A stretch of 31,824 nt of DNA from an uncultured Actinomycetes bacterium (GTDB taxonomy: Bacteria > Actinomycetota > Acidimicrobiia > Spongiisociales > DATADW01). Shown here piece after piece: positions 19,352 to 29,278 of this stretch (positions are counted from its first letter, which is position 1; each line of letters opens with the position of its first letter). The notes beneath the pieces were generated by a model. The model had not been told where the DNA came from, did not search any database, and saw only the letters and a list, made by a program, of their open reading frames with translations. Location: assembly GCA_963824995.1 (NCBI GenBank), contig CAWGRK010000007.1, forward strand, positions 124,001 to 155,824, written 5' to 3'. Made by a program: the position numbers and the translations under genes.

Positions 19352-19710
19352 CGAGCCGGTGTATCTGCGCAGGTCACAGTGGGTAAGCGGCCGGTGGGGG
19401 TTGACTCGCGGTGATCCGGATCGAGGACGTCATCTGCGGTTCTGTCAACATTGCCGGCTTGGGTGGCCCGCCTCGCCTTCCACGCCACGCTGCCGGTTGA
19501 TCAGCGCCCTCGACGACAAGGCGTAGACCTACCGCCGGTCGAGCCATCGGTTGGCGGGCGTGCGGTGCCCTGCCCGGCTCGCTCCACGACGCCCGGGGTC
19601 GGCGACTCAAGGCGTGGCGCTTGCCGACTGCCGTCAGAACCCGACCTAGAGGAAACGGAGACCTATCGGCGGGCGCTGCGCTTGAATGAGGGGGTGGGCG
19701 GAGGTCCTCC

Positions 19711-22700
19711 TTGGTGACCTGTGGCGCTTGTGGCGGGGAGAATCCTTCAGACGACCTTTTCTGCAACCACTGCGGTTCGCAGCTGAGTTTGTCCTGCCCC
19801 GGATGTGACTCTCCGGTTTCTGCGGGCCAGCGCTTCTGCGGTAAGTGTGGCCATTCCTTGACGGAGACTGCGGAGACAGAGGCGGACCCCGCTCCTCAGT
19901 CCCTTTCAGGCGAGCTCCGTCTCGTGTCGGTGCTCTTCTGCGACCTGGTGGGGTCGACGGCGCTTGCTGAGCGTCACGAAGACGATGAGGTTCGTGACCT
20001 GCTCGAGGGCTACTACGAGACGGCTAAGGAGGTGGTGGCCGGCTACGGGGGCGTCATTCAGAAGTTCATCGGCGATGCGGTCGTGTCGGTGTGGGGAGTA
20101 CCCCGTGCGCTGGAGGATGACGCCGGCCGCGCGGTGCGCGCCGCCCTGGAGTTGGTCGACGCGGTGGCCGCCTTTGGGCGACGGGTGGGGAAGCCAGAGC
20201 TGGCGGTCCGCGCCGGGGTGGTGACGGGTCGGGCGGCTTCGGTCGATGACTCCGATGTGATCGTGGTGGGGGACCGGGTCAATACCGCCTCCCGAGTGCA
20301 GTCGGTGGCGTCTCCCGGAAGTGTGCTGGTCGACGACGTCACCTTCGAGGCCACTCGGGCCTCGGTGGCTTACCGCGACGCTGGCATCTTCGAGTTGAAA
20401 GGAAAGGCCGACCCGGAGCACCTGTGGACTGCGGAGCGGGTAGTAGCCGGGACCGCCGGGCTCGATCGGCTCGACGGGCTCGAGGCCCGGTTCGTGGGCC
20501 GGGAGTCTGAGTTGCGGCAGGTCAAGGAGCTGTTCCATACCGTGATGGAGCGGGGCTCGGCCCGTCTGGTGTCGGTTGTAGGTCCGGCAGGCAGCGGGAA
20601 GTCCCGGCTGCGCTCGGAGTTCTACCGCTACATCGACGGTTTGGTCCAGACCGTGTACTGGCACGGGGGCCGCTGTCTGCACTACGGGGAGGGGGTTGCC
20701 TTCTGGGCCCTGGCGGAGATGGTGCGCCAGCGCTTCGGGGTGGCAGAGGACGACCCGTCGGAGACCGCCGCGGCCAGGCTATCCGCCGGCCTTGAGGAAC
20801 TGGTGGCCGACCCGGGGGACCGGGAGTTCGTCGAGCCCCGGCTGGCCCACCTGCTCGGTTTCGGCGGGGGAGAGCGGTCCCGGGAGGACCTCTTCGCCGG
20901 GTGGCGGCTCCTCCTCGAGCGCCTGGCGGACCAGAACCCGGTGGTGCTGGCGGTAGAGGACCTGCAATGGGCGGACGAGGGGCTGTTGGACTTCCTGGAC
21001 TCGCTGTTGGACTGGTCGGCCTCCCACCCCATCCTGGTGCTCACCCTGGCCCGGCCCGAGCTGGGGGAGCGGCGCCCGGGCTGGGGCAATAGGCGCAACG
21101 GCACAATCATTAATTTGCAGCCGTTGGACGCAGCCTCGATGCGCATCCTGCTGTCTGATCTAGTGGAAGATCTGCCGAACGAGTTGGCGAGTCAGATCGT
21201 CCGGCAATCCGACGGTGTGCCCCTATATGCCGTCGAGACAATCCGCGGCCTGGTCGACCGGGACCTGGTACAGCCGAGAGAAGGCGTCTACCGGCTGGTC
21301 GGCGAGGTGGACCGGCTCCAGGTGCCGGCAACGCTGACCGCACTATTGGCGGCTCGTCTCGACGCGCTCAATGCCGAAGAGCGGAGGTTGGTCAAGGATC
21401 TCTCCGTACTCGGTGCCAGCTTCCCCCGTGAGTCGTTGCGCGGAGTTACGGACCTTGAGCCGGAACATATTGAACGGCTCATCGCATCGCTGGTCGAGAA
21501 GGAGATCCTGGCGGTGCGCAGCGACCGGCTCTCCCCCGAGCGGGGCCAGCTCCAGTTCACGCAAAACCTGTTGCGCTCGGTGGCCTACGACACCCTGACC
21601 CGTCGGGAGAAGCGGGCCCGGCACCTCGCCGCGGCCGCCCAGCTGCGGGCCGAGTTCCCCTACGACGGCGCTGAGGTGGCCGACGTGATCGCCGCCCACT
21701 ACCAGACCGTGCTCGACCTGGACCCCGACGCCCCCGACGCCGCCACGGTGCGCTCCGAGGCGGCGGCAGCATATCGGCAGGCCGGCGACCGCTCTGCCGA
21801 CCTGGGGGCTCCCGCCGCCGCCTTCGTGGCCTACCGCAAGGCGGCCCAGTTGCTCGAGGGGAGCGGCGACGACCTCGACGTGATCGCAGCTGCCGGGAGG
21901 ATGGCCTCAAGGGCGGCCCGCTGGGCAGAGGCGGTGGATCTGCTGGGGAAAGCGGTCACCCGACTGGAAGCGGAGGGACGCGACGATGAGGCCCGCGCCG
22001 TCATGGCCGAGCTCGCCAACGCTCACACTCAGTGGGGCCATCCCGACGAGGCCATCACGTTGGCACGTCGGGCCCTGGAACGCACCCCTCCGGATGCCGT
22101 CGGCCCCGGTACCGCAGATCTCTTGCGGCGGCTGGGAAAGAACCTCGCTTTCGCGGGCGAAATCGCCGAGGCGGCGCCCCTGATCGAGCGGGCGATCGGG
22201 ATCGGGGAAGAGCTCGACGACCAAAGGCTCCTCGCCGATTCGCTCGATGCAGAGGCGGTCAGGTTGTGGTTCTCCGGCCGTATGGTCATGGCGCGATCGG
22301 TTGGCGAGGCGGCGGTAGAGGCGGCCCGGGCCAGCGGTCTGCTCGATCAGCTGCATCGGAACTTGAGCAACCTGGGTGACGCGCTTCTCAGCTCCGATCG
22401 GCCTGCAGTCGACGTGCTCCGTGAGGCGGTCGACATCGCTCGCCGGATGGGCGACCCGGCCGCGGTGGCGATCAGCACGGCCAACGTGGTCAACGCGCTC
22501 ATCTACATCGGAGCGTGGGACGAGGCCGCCGCTCTCACCGCTGGGACGATCGAGGAAGGCGTCGAATTCAAGGGGTCAGGCGGCGGCTTATTGCACGATC
22601 GGCTCGTTCTGATCAACGCCCTTCGGGGAGACCTTGCCGCCGCCCACCATCACCTCGACATTGCCAAGGAGATGCTGGCGCCCGAGGACCTCCTAGATGT

Positions 22701-23232
22701 AGAAATCTACGCTGCAGCCGAGGCGGCGGTGAGACTCGTTGAGGGAGACTTCTCCAGCATCCTGTCCGAGGCGCCGGAGCGGCTCACATCCATGGCACAA
22801 ACGTTCGGCTGGTTCCAAGAGTCCGCCCGTCAGTTGTGGCCCGACGCAGTTGAAGCGGCGCTGCGCGCCGGTGACGGTGCCGCGGCCGACAGTCTGGTCG
22901 CCATGCTGGAGGCCGTCCCGCCCGGTGGATTGTCTCCCTATCTGCGGGCCCAACTCGCCCGCACCCGGGCCCGACTAGCCGCCGCCCGGGGCGAGCATGA
23001 GGACGTGGAACCCGGCCTCCGCCACGCAACCGAACGCTTCGCAGCCATGAGCTACCCCTACTGGGAGGCCATGGCCAGTCTCGACCTCGCTGAATGGCTC
23101 TCGGATCAAGGCAGGAACGATGAAGCGAAGGCGCCCCGCGACGCAGCCGCCCAGACTTTCGACCGGCTCGGCGCAGCACCCGATCTCGCCCACGCACGGA
23201 GGCTCGGTGGCATTAGGGAAGTAGCTGGCTGA
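19711..23232 (+). CDS. Double zinc-ribbon, class III adenylate/guanylate cyclase, AAA/STAND ATPase and TPR-like protein
   Basis: Four CxxC pairs; LFCDLVGST, KFIGDAV, GDRVNTASR; Walker A GPAGSGKS, Walker B VEDLQWAD, GVPLY; helical C-terminus. Confidence 0.92.
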   Translation: MVTCGACGGENPSDDLFCNHCGSQLSLSCPGCDSPVSAGQRFCGKCGHSLTETAETEADPAPQSLSGELRLVSVLFCDLVGSTALAERHEDDEVRDLLEGYYETAKEVVAGYGGVIQKFIGDAVVSVWGVPRALEDDAGRAVRAALELVDAVAAFGRRVGKPELAVRAGVVTGRAASVDDSDVIVVGDRVNTASRVQSVASPGSVLVDDVTFEATRASVAYRDAGIFELKGKADPEHLWTAERVVAGTAGLDRLDGLEARFVGRESELRQVKELFHTVMERGSARLVSVVGPAGSGKSRLRSEFYRYIDGLVQTVYWHGGRCLHYGEGVAFWALAEMVRQRFGVAEDDPSETAAARLSAGLEELVADPGDREFVEPRLAHLLGFGGGERSREDLFAGWRLLLERLADQNPVVLAVEDLQWADEGLLDFLDSLLDWSASHPILVLTLARPELGERRPGWGNRRNGTIINLQPLDAASMRILLSDLVEDLPNELASQIVRQSDGVPLYAVETIRGLVDRDLVQPREGVYRLVGEVDRLQVPATLTALLAARLDALNAEERRLVKDLSVLGASFPRESLRGVTDLEPEHIERLIASLVEKEILAVRSDRLSPERGQLQFTQNLLRSVAYDTLTRREKRARHLAAAAQLRAEFPYDGAEVADVIAAHYQTVLDLDPDAPDAATVRSEAAAAYRQAGDRSADLGAPAAAFVAYRKAAQLLEGSGDDLDVIAAAGRMASRAARWAEAVDLLGKAVTRLEAEGRDDEARAVMAELANAHTQWGHPDEAITLARRALERTPPDAVGPGTADLLRRLGKNLAFAGEIAEAAPLIERAIGIGEELDDQRLLADSLDAEAVRLWFSGRMVMARSVGEAAVEAARASGLLDQLHRNLSNLGDALLSSDRPAVDVLREAVDIARRMGDPAAVAISTANVVNALIYIGAWDEAAALTAGTIEEGVEFKGSGGGLLHDRLVLINALRGDLAAAHHHLDIAKEMLAPEDLLDVEIYAAAEAAVRLVEGDFSSILSEAPERLTSMAQTFGWFQESARQLWPDAVEAALRAGDGAAADSLVAMLEAVPPGGLSPYLRAQLARTRARLAAARGEHEDVEPGLRHATERFAAMSYPYWEAMASLDLAEWLSDQGRNDEAKAPRDAAAQTFDRLGAAPDLAHARRLGGIREVAG

Positions 23233-23517
23233 TTGACCCGCGTGTTTCAAACTGCGTTCGGCCGGTGGTCCCAAATGTGGAGGTGCGATGGATCCCTACG
23301 ATCCTGCATCTCGCGGCCAGGCGGGACATACACGTCTTTGCTCCTGGTGATCTACGACCCCTTGTTCCGGATTCATGACCCGGGTGGTATGCCGGTGCCC
23401 ATCGCACCCATACCTGGACAGCTACCGCCGCCACTTGGGACGCAGTGTCTCTCACAGAGGGTGTCATCCCCGCTTCGAGGCCGATGCGGGTGGCGAGGTC
23501 AACGGAACGACTGTCTC

Positions 23518-23561
23518 CCAGACCTGCCGTGTACTCAGGGTTTGTGTCCGTCCTCCGACAC
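23518..23561 (+). repeat. att-like site C
   Basis: CCAGACCTGCCGTGTACTCAGGGTTTGTGTCCGTCCTCCGACAC; 40/44 identical to 19293-19336. Confidence 0.9.
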
Positions 23562-23564
23562 GAT

Positions 23565-23590
23565 CTGACCAGCACGAAAGTGCTGGTCAG
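23565..23590. other. Perfect 11-bp hairpin with GAAA loop (displaced tRNA terminator or att arm)
   Basis: CTGACCAGCAC-GAAA-GTGCTGGTCAG, starting 3 bp after core C. Confidence 0.7.
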
Positions 23591-23856
23591 CGCAGTTTTC
23601 GGTGGCGGTCGAGCGGCTCGGATCGGACCCTTGTCATTGGTTTGTCATCATCGCCACGGCGACCCTGCTAGCGGCCCCTGCACGATCAGCCGGCGACCTC
23701 TCCAGGTTCGCCGGGGTTCATCCCCGAACGGCACCTCGGTGGCAATGGCCCAGGTCGTTAAGGCTGCGCGTTCTGGGACAGTCGACGGCGCTGGTGATGC
23801 AACCCGAGCCGTCGTTCCGTCGCGAGGCGACGGCCAATGTGCCAGGACAAATCACG

Positions 23857-24425
23857 TCAAGCCGTAACTCGCGTGGGCCGGTATCGCAGGGCGACCGCCC
23901 CCGACCCGAACTCATGGCGATCCACGAGCTCGAGGTGGATGCGCTCGCTCAGACCGGCGAGCAACGTCGGCCCGTGTCCGGCAAGGACCGCTGCACAAGG
24001 AACTCGTACTCGTCGATCAGTCCGAGATCTGCCAACGCCAGGGGAAGCGTCACGCCACCCACAAACAGGCCCTCGCCTGGCTCCTGCTTGAGCCGCTGAA
24101 CCGCTTGCCCCAAGTCGCCTCGCACCAGCTCGGCATTCCAATCGACCCCGCTCAGCGTGCTCGACACGACGTACTTCTTCGCCCGGTCGATGGTCTCGGC
24201 GAACGGAATCTCCCACTCATCCATCCAGTCAGGCCACGTGCCCGTGGCCGGCTGCCGCCACGCCGACTCCATCATCTCGTAGGTCACCCGGCCGAATAGC
24301 AGGGCATCGGCTCGATCCATCTCAGCGGTCCAGTAGCGCATCGACTCCTCGTCCGGCGGGAGCCCTGCCTCGTGATGGCAGCAGCCGTCGAGCGTGACGT
24401 TGATCGAGTATCGAAGTGGTCTCAT
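23857..24425 (-). pseudogene. Dihydrofolate reductase / RibD C-terminal family protein, one frameshift at ~23990
   Basis: INVTLDG, LLFGRVTYEMM, KYVVSSTL, GLIDEYEFLVQ, continuing in another frame as VLAGHGPTLL...GAVALRY. Confidence 0.85.
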
Positions 24426-24645
24426 CTCGTTGCTCTCCCCCTTGATGCCGCGCCCGCGTCCACCGGACCGTACTCAGACGACTGCCGGCGCCACTTCCCA
24501 TCGGCGCCCCCGATCGCACCTACCCAACATCGTCGTGGTGCGAACCAGACCGCAGACCGAAGCGCGCGACCGATTCGGCGATCTGCTCGCATGTGAGACC
24601 GTCACGGCGGTGTCACAGAACGCGCATCGCCGAGTCACGGCGAGA

Positions 24646-25212
24646 ATGCCCTCCAACGCCGGCTGTGCGACGCTGCGGGGCGTGGAGGGTCCTGTTCGGG
24701 TAGGCGACACGGTGAGGCGACCTCAAGGTCCCGGCACGGCGTTTGTTCACTCGGTGCTCCACCGTCTCGAGGGGGCCGGCGTGACGTGGGCGCCGCGCTC
24801 CACTCGGGATCGATGAGCTCGGTCGCGAGGTCCAGTCTTGGATCCCTGGCGTCACGCCTTCGACGGGTGACGATGTCGACCCGCTCGCGCTGATTGAGAT
24901 CGTGCGGGTCACGACCTGACCGCTGACACGGTCGTTGACGCCGAGTGTGTTGTGCATGACGACATCCAGCCGCGGAACGTCGTGGTCTTGCGTCAGACCC
25001 CGGTGGGACTGATTGATTGGGAGCAGGCTCGCTCAGGACGGCGAGTAGAGGACGTGGCCAAGGTTGTTGGGCCTACATCGAGCCTGGCAAGGACAAGACG
25101 CCGTCGAGGTCGTACGTCGATGGCGTCCAGGCAGCAGAGACAACCAGGCCGATTCGAGCGCTCAGCTCGATCGAAGCTGAGACCGTTGAACACTCGCCTC
25201 GGTGAGAGGTGA
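24646..25212 (+). pseudogene. Aminoglycoside-phosphotransferase-like kinase pseudogene
   Basis: VRVGDTVRRP, GIDELGREVQSWIPG, HDDIQPRNVV and LIDWEQA..VEDVA distributed over different frames. Confidence 0.75.
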
Positions 25213-25407
25213 GGATCACAGGGAAAGAAACCGAACCGACGAAGCAGGTCACGCGATCCTTGATGCCGAATCTCGCTGATCAACTAGACAATTCGTCCTG
25301 ATTCTCGGCGTCCGATCGCTTCGCTTGCTCGAGGCTTTGTCGATTGGGTGCTGAGCAGCCGATGCCCGAGCAGAATGTGCTCCGATGAGACTGTTGTGGG
25401 GGATGAG

Positions 25408-28400
25408 GTGAGTTTGGGCTCGGTTCCGGCCGAAAGCCGCCTGGAGCAGTTGATCGGTCGGCTCCTTGTCGCCGCGGAGACGTCGCTGGCGGAGGGTGAC
25501 TTCGAGGCGGCTCGGGCCACCGCAGAAGAGGTCCGGGCGGTGAGCCCGGAAGAGCGCCGGGCTGCTGACATCCTGGAGCGGGTGACCCGCTCGCAGCGCG
25601 CTCCGGAGGGTGAGCGCGCCTTGATGACCGTTCTGTTCGCCGACCTCGCCAACTCAACGGCTCTGGCGGGACGGGTCGAGCCGGAGGTGATGCGGGACCT
25701 GCTCGCGGCCTATAGGGGGGCGGCGAGCCGGTCGGTGGAGAGGTTCGGCGGCCATGTGCTCCAATGGCTCGGCGACGGGGTGCTTGCGGTGTTCGGCTAC
25801 CGCCGGGTGTTCGAGGATGATGCCAGGAGGGCGGTGTCCGCCGCACTGGATCTGGTTGCGGCAATCACCGAGGCCGGCCCGGACATGAGGATCCGTTTCG
25901 GTGTGGAGCTTGAGGTGCGGGCCGGCGTCCACACCGGCTTGGTGGTAGTCGCCGAGGTGGGGGATCAGACCGCCCGGGGGGAGCGAGACTCGATCGTCGG
26001 CGCCGCCCCGAACCTGGCCGCTCGAATCCAGGGCGAAACGGCGCCGGGCACGGTGGTGATCAGCGACGTCACCCAGCAGCTTGTCGACCCCGACTTCCAT
26101 CTCAGATCGCTGGGGCTGCGCCAATTGAAGGGTGTTGTCCGGCCGGTGGAGTTGTTCGCCGTGCAGGGACCGCGTCATCCCGGGGCACGGCTCGACGCGG
26201 ATCGCTTCCGTCGAACGCGCTTGGTTGGCCGGGACCAGCCCCGAGCCCTCCTGGCAGGAGCGTGGGAGCAGGTCAGCGCCACAGCCGACAGCACAGCCGG
26301 TGGGGGACAGGCGGTCCTCATCGCTGGAGAGGCGGGGATCGGCAAGTCACGGGTTGCCGCCGACATCCGCCAGCGCGTCGCCCGTAGCGGGGGGGCCACG
26401 CTCGAAGCGGGATGTCTGGCCTACCACACCAACATCCCGCTGTGGCCGGTTGCCCGCATGATGGAGCGGGTCCTCGACAGCGGCGTGCCGGCCGATCTTC
26501 TGGCAAGTCTGGTCGGACATCTCCAAGTGTTGGAGATAGACGTCGCCGAGGTGGCGCCGCTCTTTGCCCCGCTGTTGGGGATCGCCCAGCCCGAGGGCTA
26601 TCCGGCCCCCGAGCTCGAGCCGACGGCCCTTCTCGATCGGACCCTGGACCGCTTGATCGACTGGCTGAGCCGGCTGCCGCAGCGGCGACCCACGCTCCTC
26701 GTCTTCGAGGATCTGCATTGGGCCGACCCGACGACCATCGAGCTGCTCGGTCGTGTCGTCAGGCGGGTGCCAACCGGCCTGCTGCTGGTGATGACCACCC
26801 GCGACCCGGAGGCACTCGGGTGGCGCGACCGGGTCCTCGACGTCTCCCTCGACCACCTTCCTAGTGAGGCCGCAGCCTCGCTGGTGGAACAGCTGGTAGG
26901 CACGACCGACCTGGCGGAGGAGACGCGGGCATCGATCATCGATAGAGGGGAAGGCATCCCTCTCTTCATCGAAGAGCTGACCCGGTCGGCTTTGGCCGCC
27001 GGGGAATCCGAACCTCTCCCGCTCCGACTCCACGAGCTGCTGGCGGGTCGGTTGAAGGCGCCGGGACTCGACCTGCGAGTCGCACAGGTTGCCGCCACCG
27101 TGGGCTCCAGCTTCGACCTGGCGACAGTGGCAGCCGTGATCGACGACCGAGACCGAGTCATCGGCTCGCTCGCTCAGCTCGCCGAAGTAGGCATCATCGA
27201 GTCGACCGGGGACCTTCTCGACGGTGTTGGCTACCGATTCGGCCATGCGCTCCTCCGAGATGCCGCGTACGAAACCCAGGTCCTCGAAACACGGCTCCAA
27301 ACCCACGCCGGCGTCGCCCACGAACTCGAGCGGACCGGAGCCGATCCGGCTTTGGTAGCTCAGCATCTCGACCTGGCGGACCTTCCCGACCGCGCCATTC
27401 CTTTTTATATGGCCGCGGCACAGGGAGCCCAGGCACGGGGCGCCCACGCAGAAGCGATCCAACTTCTGACTCGGGTGGTTGAGCTGGTCAAGCTCATCCC
27501 GGCGAGCGACGACCGGGACGTAAGCCTTCTCACCGCCCGCATGCTGCGGGCGCTCAGTATCAGCGCCACGGAGGGCTACGCCGCCCCCGGGGTCAGAGCC
27601 GACCACCGCAAGGCGGAAATCATCACCGAGCGCCTCGGTGACCGACCCGAGGTTATGCCGGCGCTGCTCGCCATCTGGGTCACCGGGCTGACCAGCAGTG
27701 AACTCCGCACCTCAGGTCGTCTCATCGCCCGCCTCCTCCAGATGGCATCCGACCCGATGTTCGCCTGGTTCGAGCCCGAGGCGCGAGCCGGCGCCGGTTT
27801 TCAAAGCCTCCACCAAGGAGACCTCGCCGAGGCACGTTTCCACCTGGAGCGCGCCGTGGAGGGATTCGCTCAGCGGCCCGCCGACCAGGTCGTGTCATGG
27901 TTCTGGCCCCTGCCCCATGACCCGGTCGCCATCACCAAGACCGGCCTGGCCTGCGTCTCCAACCTCGAAGGGAACGCGGTCGAGGCGCAGCGCTGGGAAA
28001 GGGAAGCGATCGGTCGCGCCGAGGGTGTCGGGTTCCCCGGTCGCCCCATCAGCCTGGCTTTCATCAAGGGCTACGGCGCCTGGGGTCGCCGACTCCTCGG
28101 CGACATCACCGCCATGCGCGCCCTTGGCGCCGAGATCGTGGCCATCGGGCAGGAACACGGTTCCAGCTACTGGGAGAGGCTCGGATCGCTGTACGTCGGC
28201 GCCCCGAGCCTCGACCTCGACCCCGACCCCGAATTCGTCGAACAGACCATCGGCTTCCTCCGAGCGATGGGCCACGAAGCACTGATCGCCTCCGACCTCG
28301 CCTACCTGGCGAAGCTGCGCACCCTCAGCGGACGAACCGACTTAGCCGTCGAGACCATCGAATCTGCGATCCGGATCGTCCACAACACAGGGGAGAGCCT

Positions 28401-28689
28401 CCACCTCCCAGAGCTGCTCCGATTGAGGGCGCTCTACGAGAGCCAGCTCATCCCCGAGGGTGGCCGAAGGGTCGTGGATCTCCTCGAAGCGCTCCGAGTG
28501 GCGCAAAGCCAGAACAGCAACCTGGTCGCGCTGCGCGTTGCCATGGACCTCGCCAGACTTCCCGAGCGGGAGCGACCCGAAAACTGGCAACAACATCTGA
28601 AAGATGCACGAAAGCGGTTTCCCCCAACCGCCCGTTACCCGGAGCTCACCGAGGCCGAGTCACTCTCCGCCATCGATCCCTCCAATTAA
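25408..28689 (+). CDS. Class III cyclase, AAA/STAND ATPase and TPR-like protein
   Basis: LFADLANST, QWLGDGV, GAAPNLAAR; Walker A GEAGIGKS, Walker B FEDLHWAD, GIPLFIEEL, YRFGHALLRDAAY. Start uncertain (25348-25408). Confidence 0.9.
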   Translation: MSLGSVPAESRLEQLIGRLLVAAETSLAEGDFEAARATAEEVRAVSPEERRAADILERVTRSQRAPEGERALMTVLFADLANSTALAGRVEPEVMRDLLAAYRGAASRSVERFGGHVLQWLGDGVLAVFGYRRVFEDDARRAVSAALDLVAAITEAGPDMRIRFGVELEVRAGVHTGLVVVAEVGDQTARGERDSIVGAAPNLAARIQGETAPGTVVISDVTQQLVDPDFHLRSLGLRQLKGVVRPVELFAVQGPRHPGARLDADRFRRTRLVGRDQPRALLAGAWEQVSATADSTAGGGQAVLIAGEAGIGKSRVAADIRQRVARSGGATLEAGCLAYHTNIPLWPVARMMERVLDSGVPADLLASLVGHLQVLEIDVAEVAPLFAPLLGIAQPEGYPAPELEPTALLDRTLDRLIDWLSRLPQRRPTLLVFEDLHWADPTTIELLGRVVRRVPTGLLLVMTTRDPEALGWRDRVLDVSLDHLPSEAAASLVEQLVGTTDLAEETRASIIDRGEGIPLFIEELTRSALAAGESEPLPLRLHELLAGRLKAPGLDLRVAQVAATVGSSFDLATVAAVIDDRDRVIGSLAQLAEVGIIESTGDLLDGVGYRFGHALLRDAAYETQVLETRLQTHAGVAHELERTGADPALVAQHLDLADLPDRAIPFYMAAAQGAQARGAHAEAIQLLTRVVELVKLIPASDDRDVSLLTARMLRALSISATEGYAAPGVRADHRKAEIITERLGDRPEVMPALLAIWVTGLTSSELRTSGRLIARLLQMASDPMFAWFEPEARAGAGFQSLHQGDLAEARFHLERAVEGFAQRPADQVVSWFWPLPHDPVAITKTGLACVSNLEGNAVEAQRWEREAIGRAEGVGFPGRPISLAFIKGYGAWGRRLLGDITAMRALGAEIVAIGQEHGSSYWERLGSLYVGAPSLDLDPDPEFVEQTIGFLRAMGHEALIASDLAYLAKLRTLSGRTDLAVETIESAIRIVHNTGESLHLPELLRLRALYESQLIPEGGRRVVDLLEALRVAQSQNSNLVALRVAMDLARLPERERPENWQQHLKDARKRFPPTARYPELTEAESLSAIDPSN

Positions 28690-28876
28690 CGCCACGCCTT
28701 AGGGTGTGCGATGCCCCCGTCTCCCACTTGGATAGTGGGGGCGGCAGTTGGCTTCGTCTGCTTCAGCCCCGCCGTACGCCGAGCCGAAGCAATCACACGT
28801 GCCCGAGTAGCCGTAAGGGATACGACCGAGAGTCAGCCAACCCGGCGACGGCAAGCCGAGAGCGAGAGAGGCTGAG

Positions 28877-29161
28877 ATGCAATCGACCCCACATGGACCT
28901 CGCCTCGTCGGCGCCATCGTTTGCCTCGGTCTCGCTGCCGGTCTCGCCGTCGTCAGCACGCTGTTCGTGGTGCAGGCGGTGGGGGAATACGGGCGGAGCG
29001 GGGCGCGGGCGCCGTTGCCGGGCAGAGCCTTCCCCTTTGCCATTGTCGGGTTGTGGTCGCTGCGATGCTCGCTCGACTGTGATCCGTCTTCTCAAGAAGA
29101 GCCGGTAGGAGCAATCTTCGCCGCAGTCGGCGCGGACCTATCAGGAAACCTGAAGTGCTGA
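28877..29161 (+). CDS. Hypothetical membrane protein, possibly degraded; paralogous to 31089-31230
   Basis: GAGG RBS; hydrophobic segments AIVCLGLAAGLAVVSTLFVV and FPFAIVGLW. Confidence 0.4.
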   Translation: MQSTPHGPRLVGAIVCLGLAAGLAVVSTLFVVQAVGEYGRSGARAPLPGRAFPFAIVGLWSLRCSLDCDPSSQEEPVGAIFAAVGADLSGNLKC

Positions 29162-29278
29162 CGGACGAGCCCGAGACGCCGCACCCGCACATCTGACCCG
29201 AAGCGAGGCGTAGGCTCCTACCGGAGCGAGATGTCGCCCACGAGCCGGAGCAACTCGCAGCCGGCGAAGGGAGGGACC

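Larger units (their letters stand above)
19337..23561. mobile_element. tRNA-Leu-integrated cassette 2 (4,225 bp core to core), single-gene cargo, no integrase
   Basis: Bounded by CCTCCGACAC at 19327-19336 and 23552-23561; same arm sequences as cassette 1. Confidence 0.7.

Noticed and set aside
19410..19480. IS630-like C-terminal remnant on the minus strand (KP..RTADDVLD)
   Set aside because: Too short and needs a frameshift; not supportable without a search.
13877..23561. CRISPR array interpretation of the three repeats
   Set aside because: Copies are 4-5 kb apart, overlap the tRNA 3' end, and no cas genes are present.
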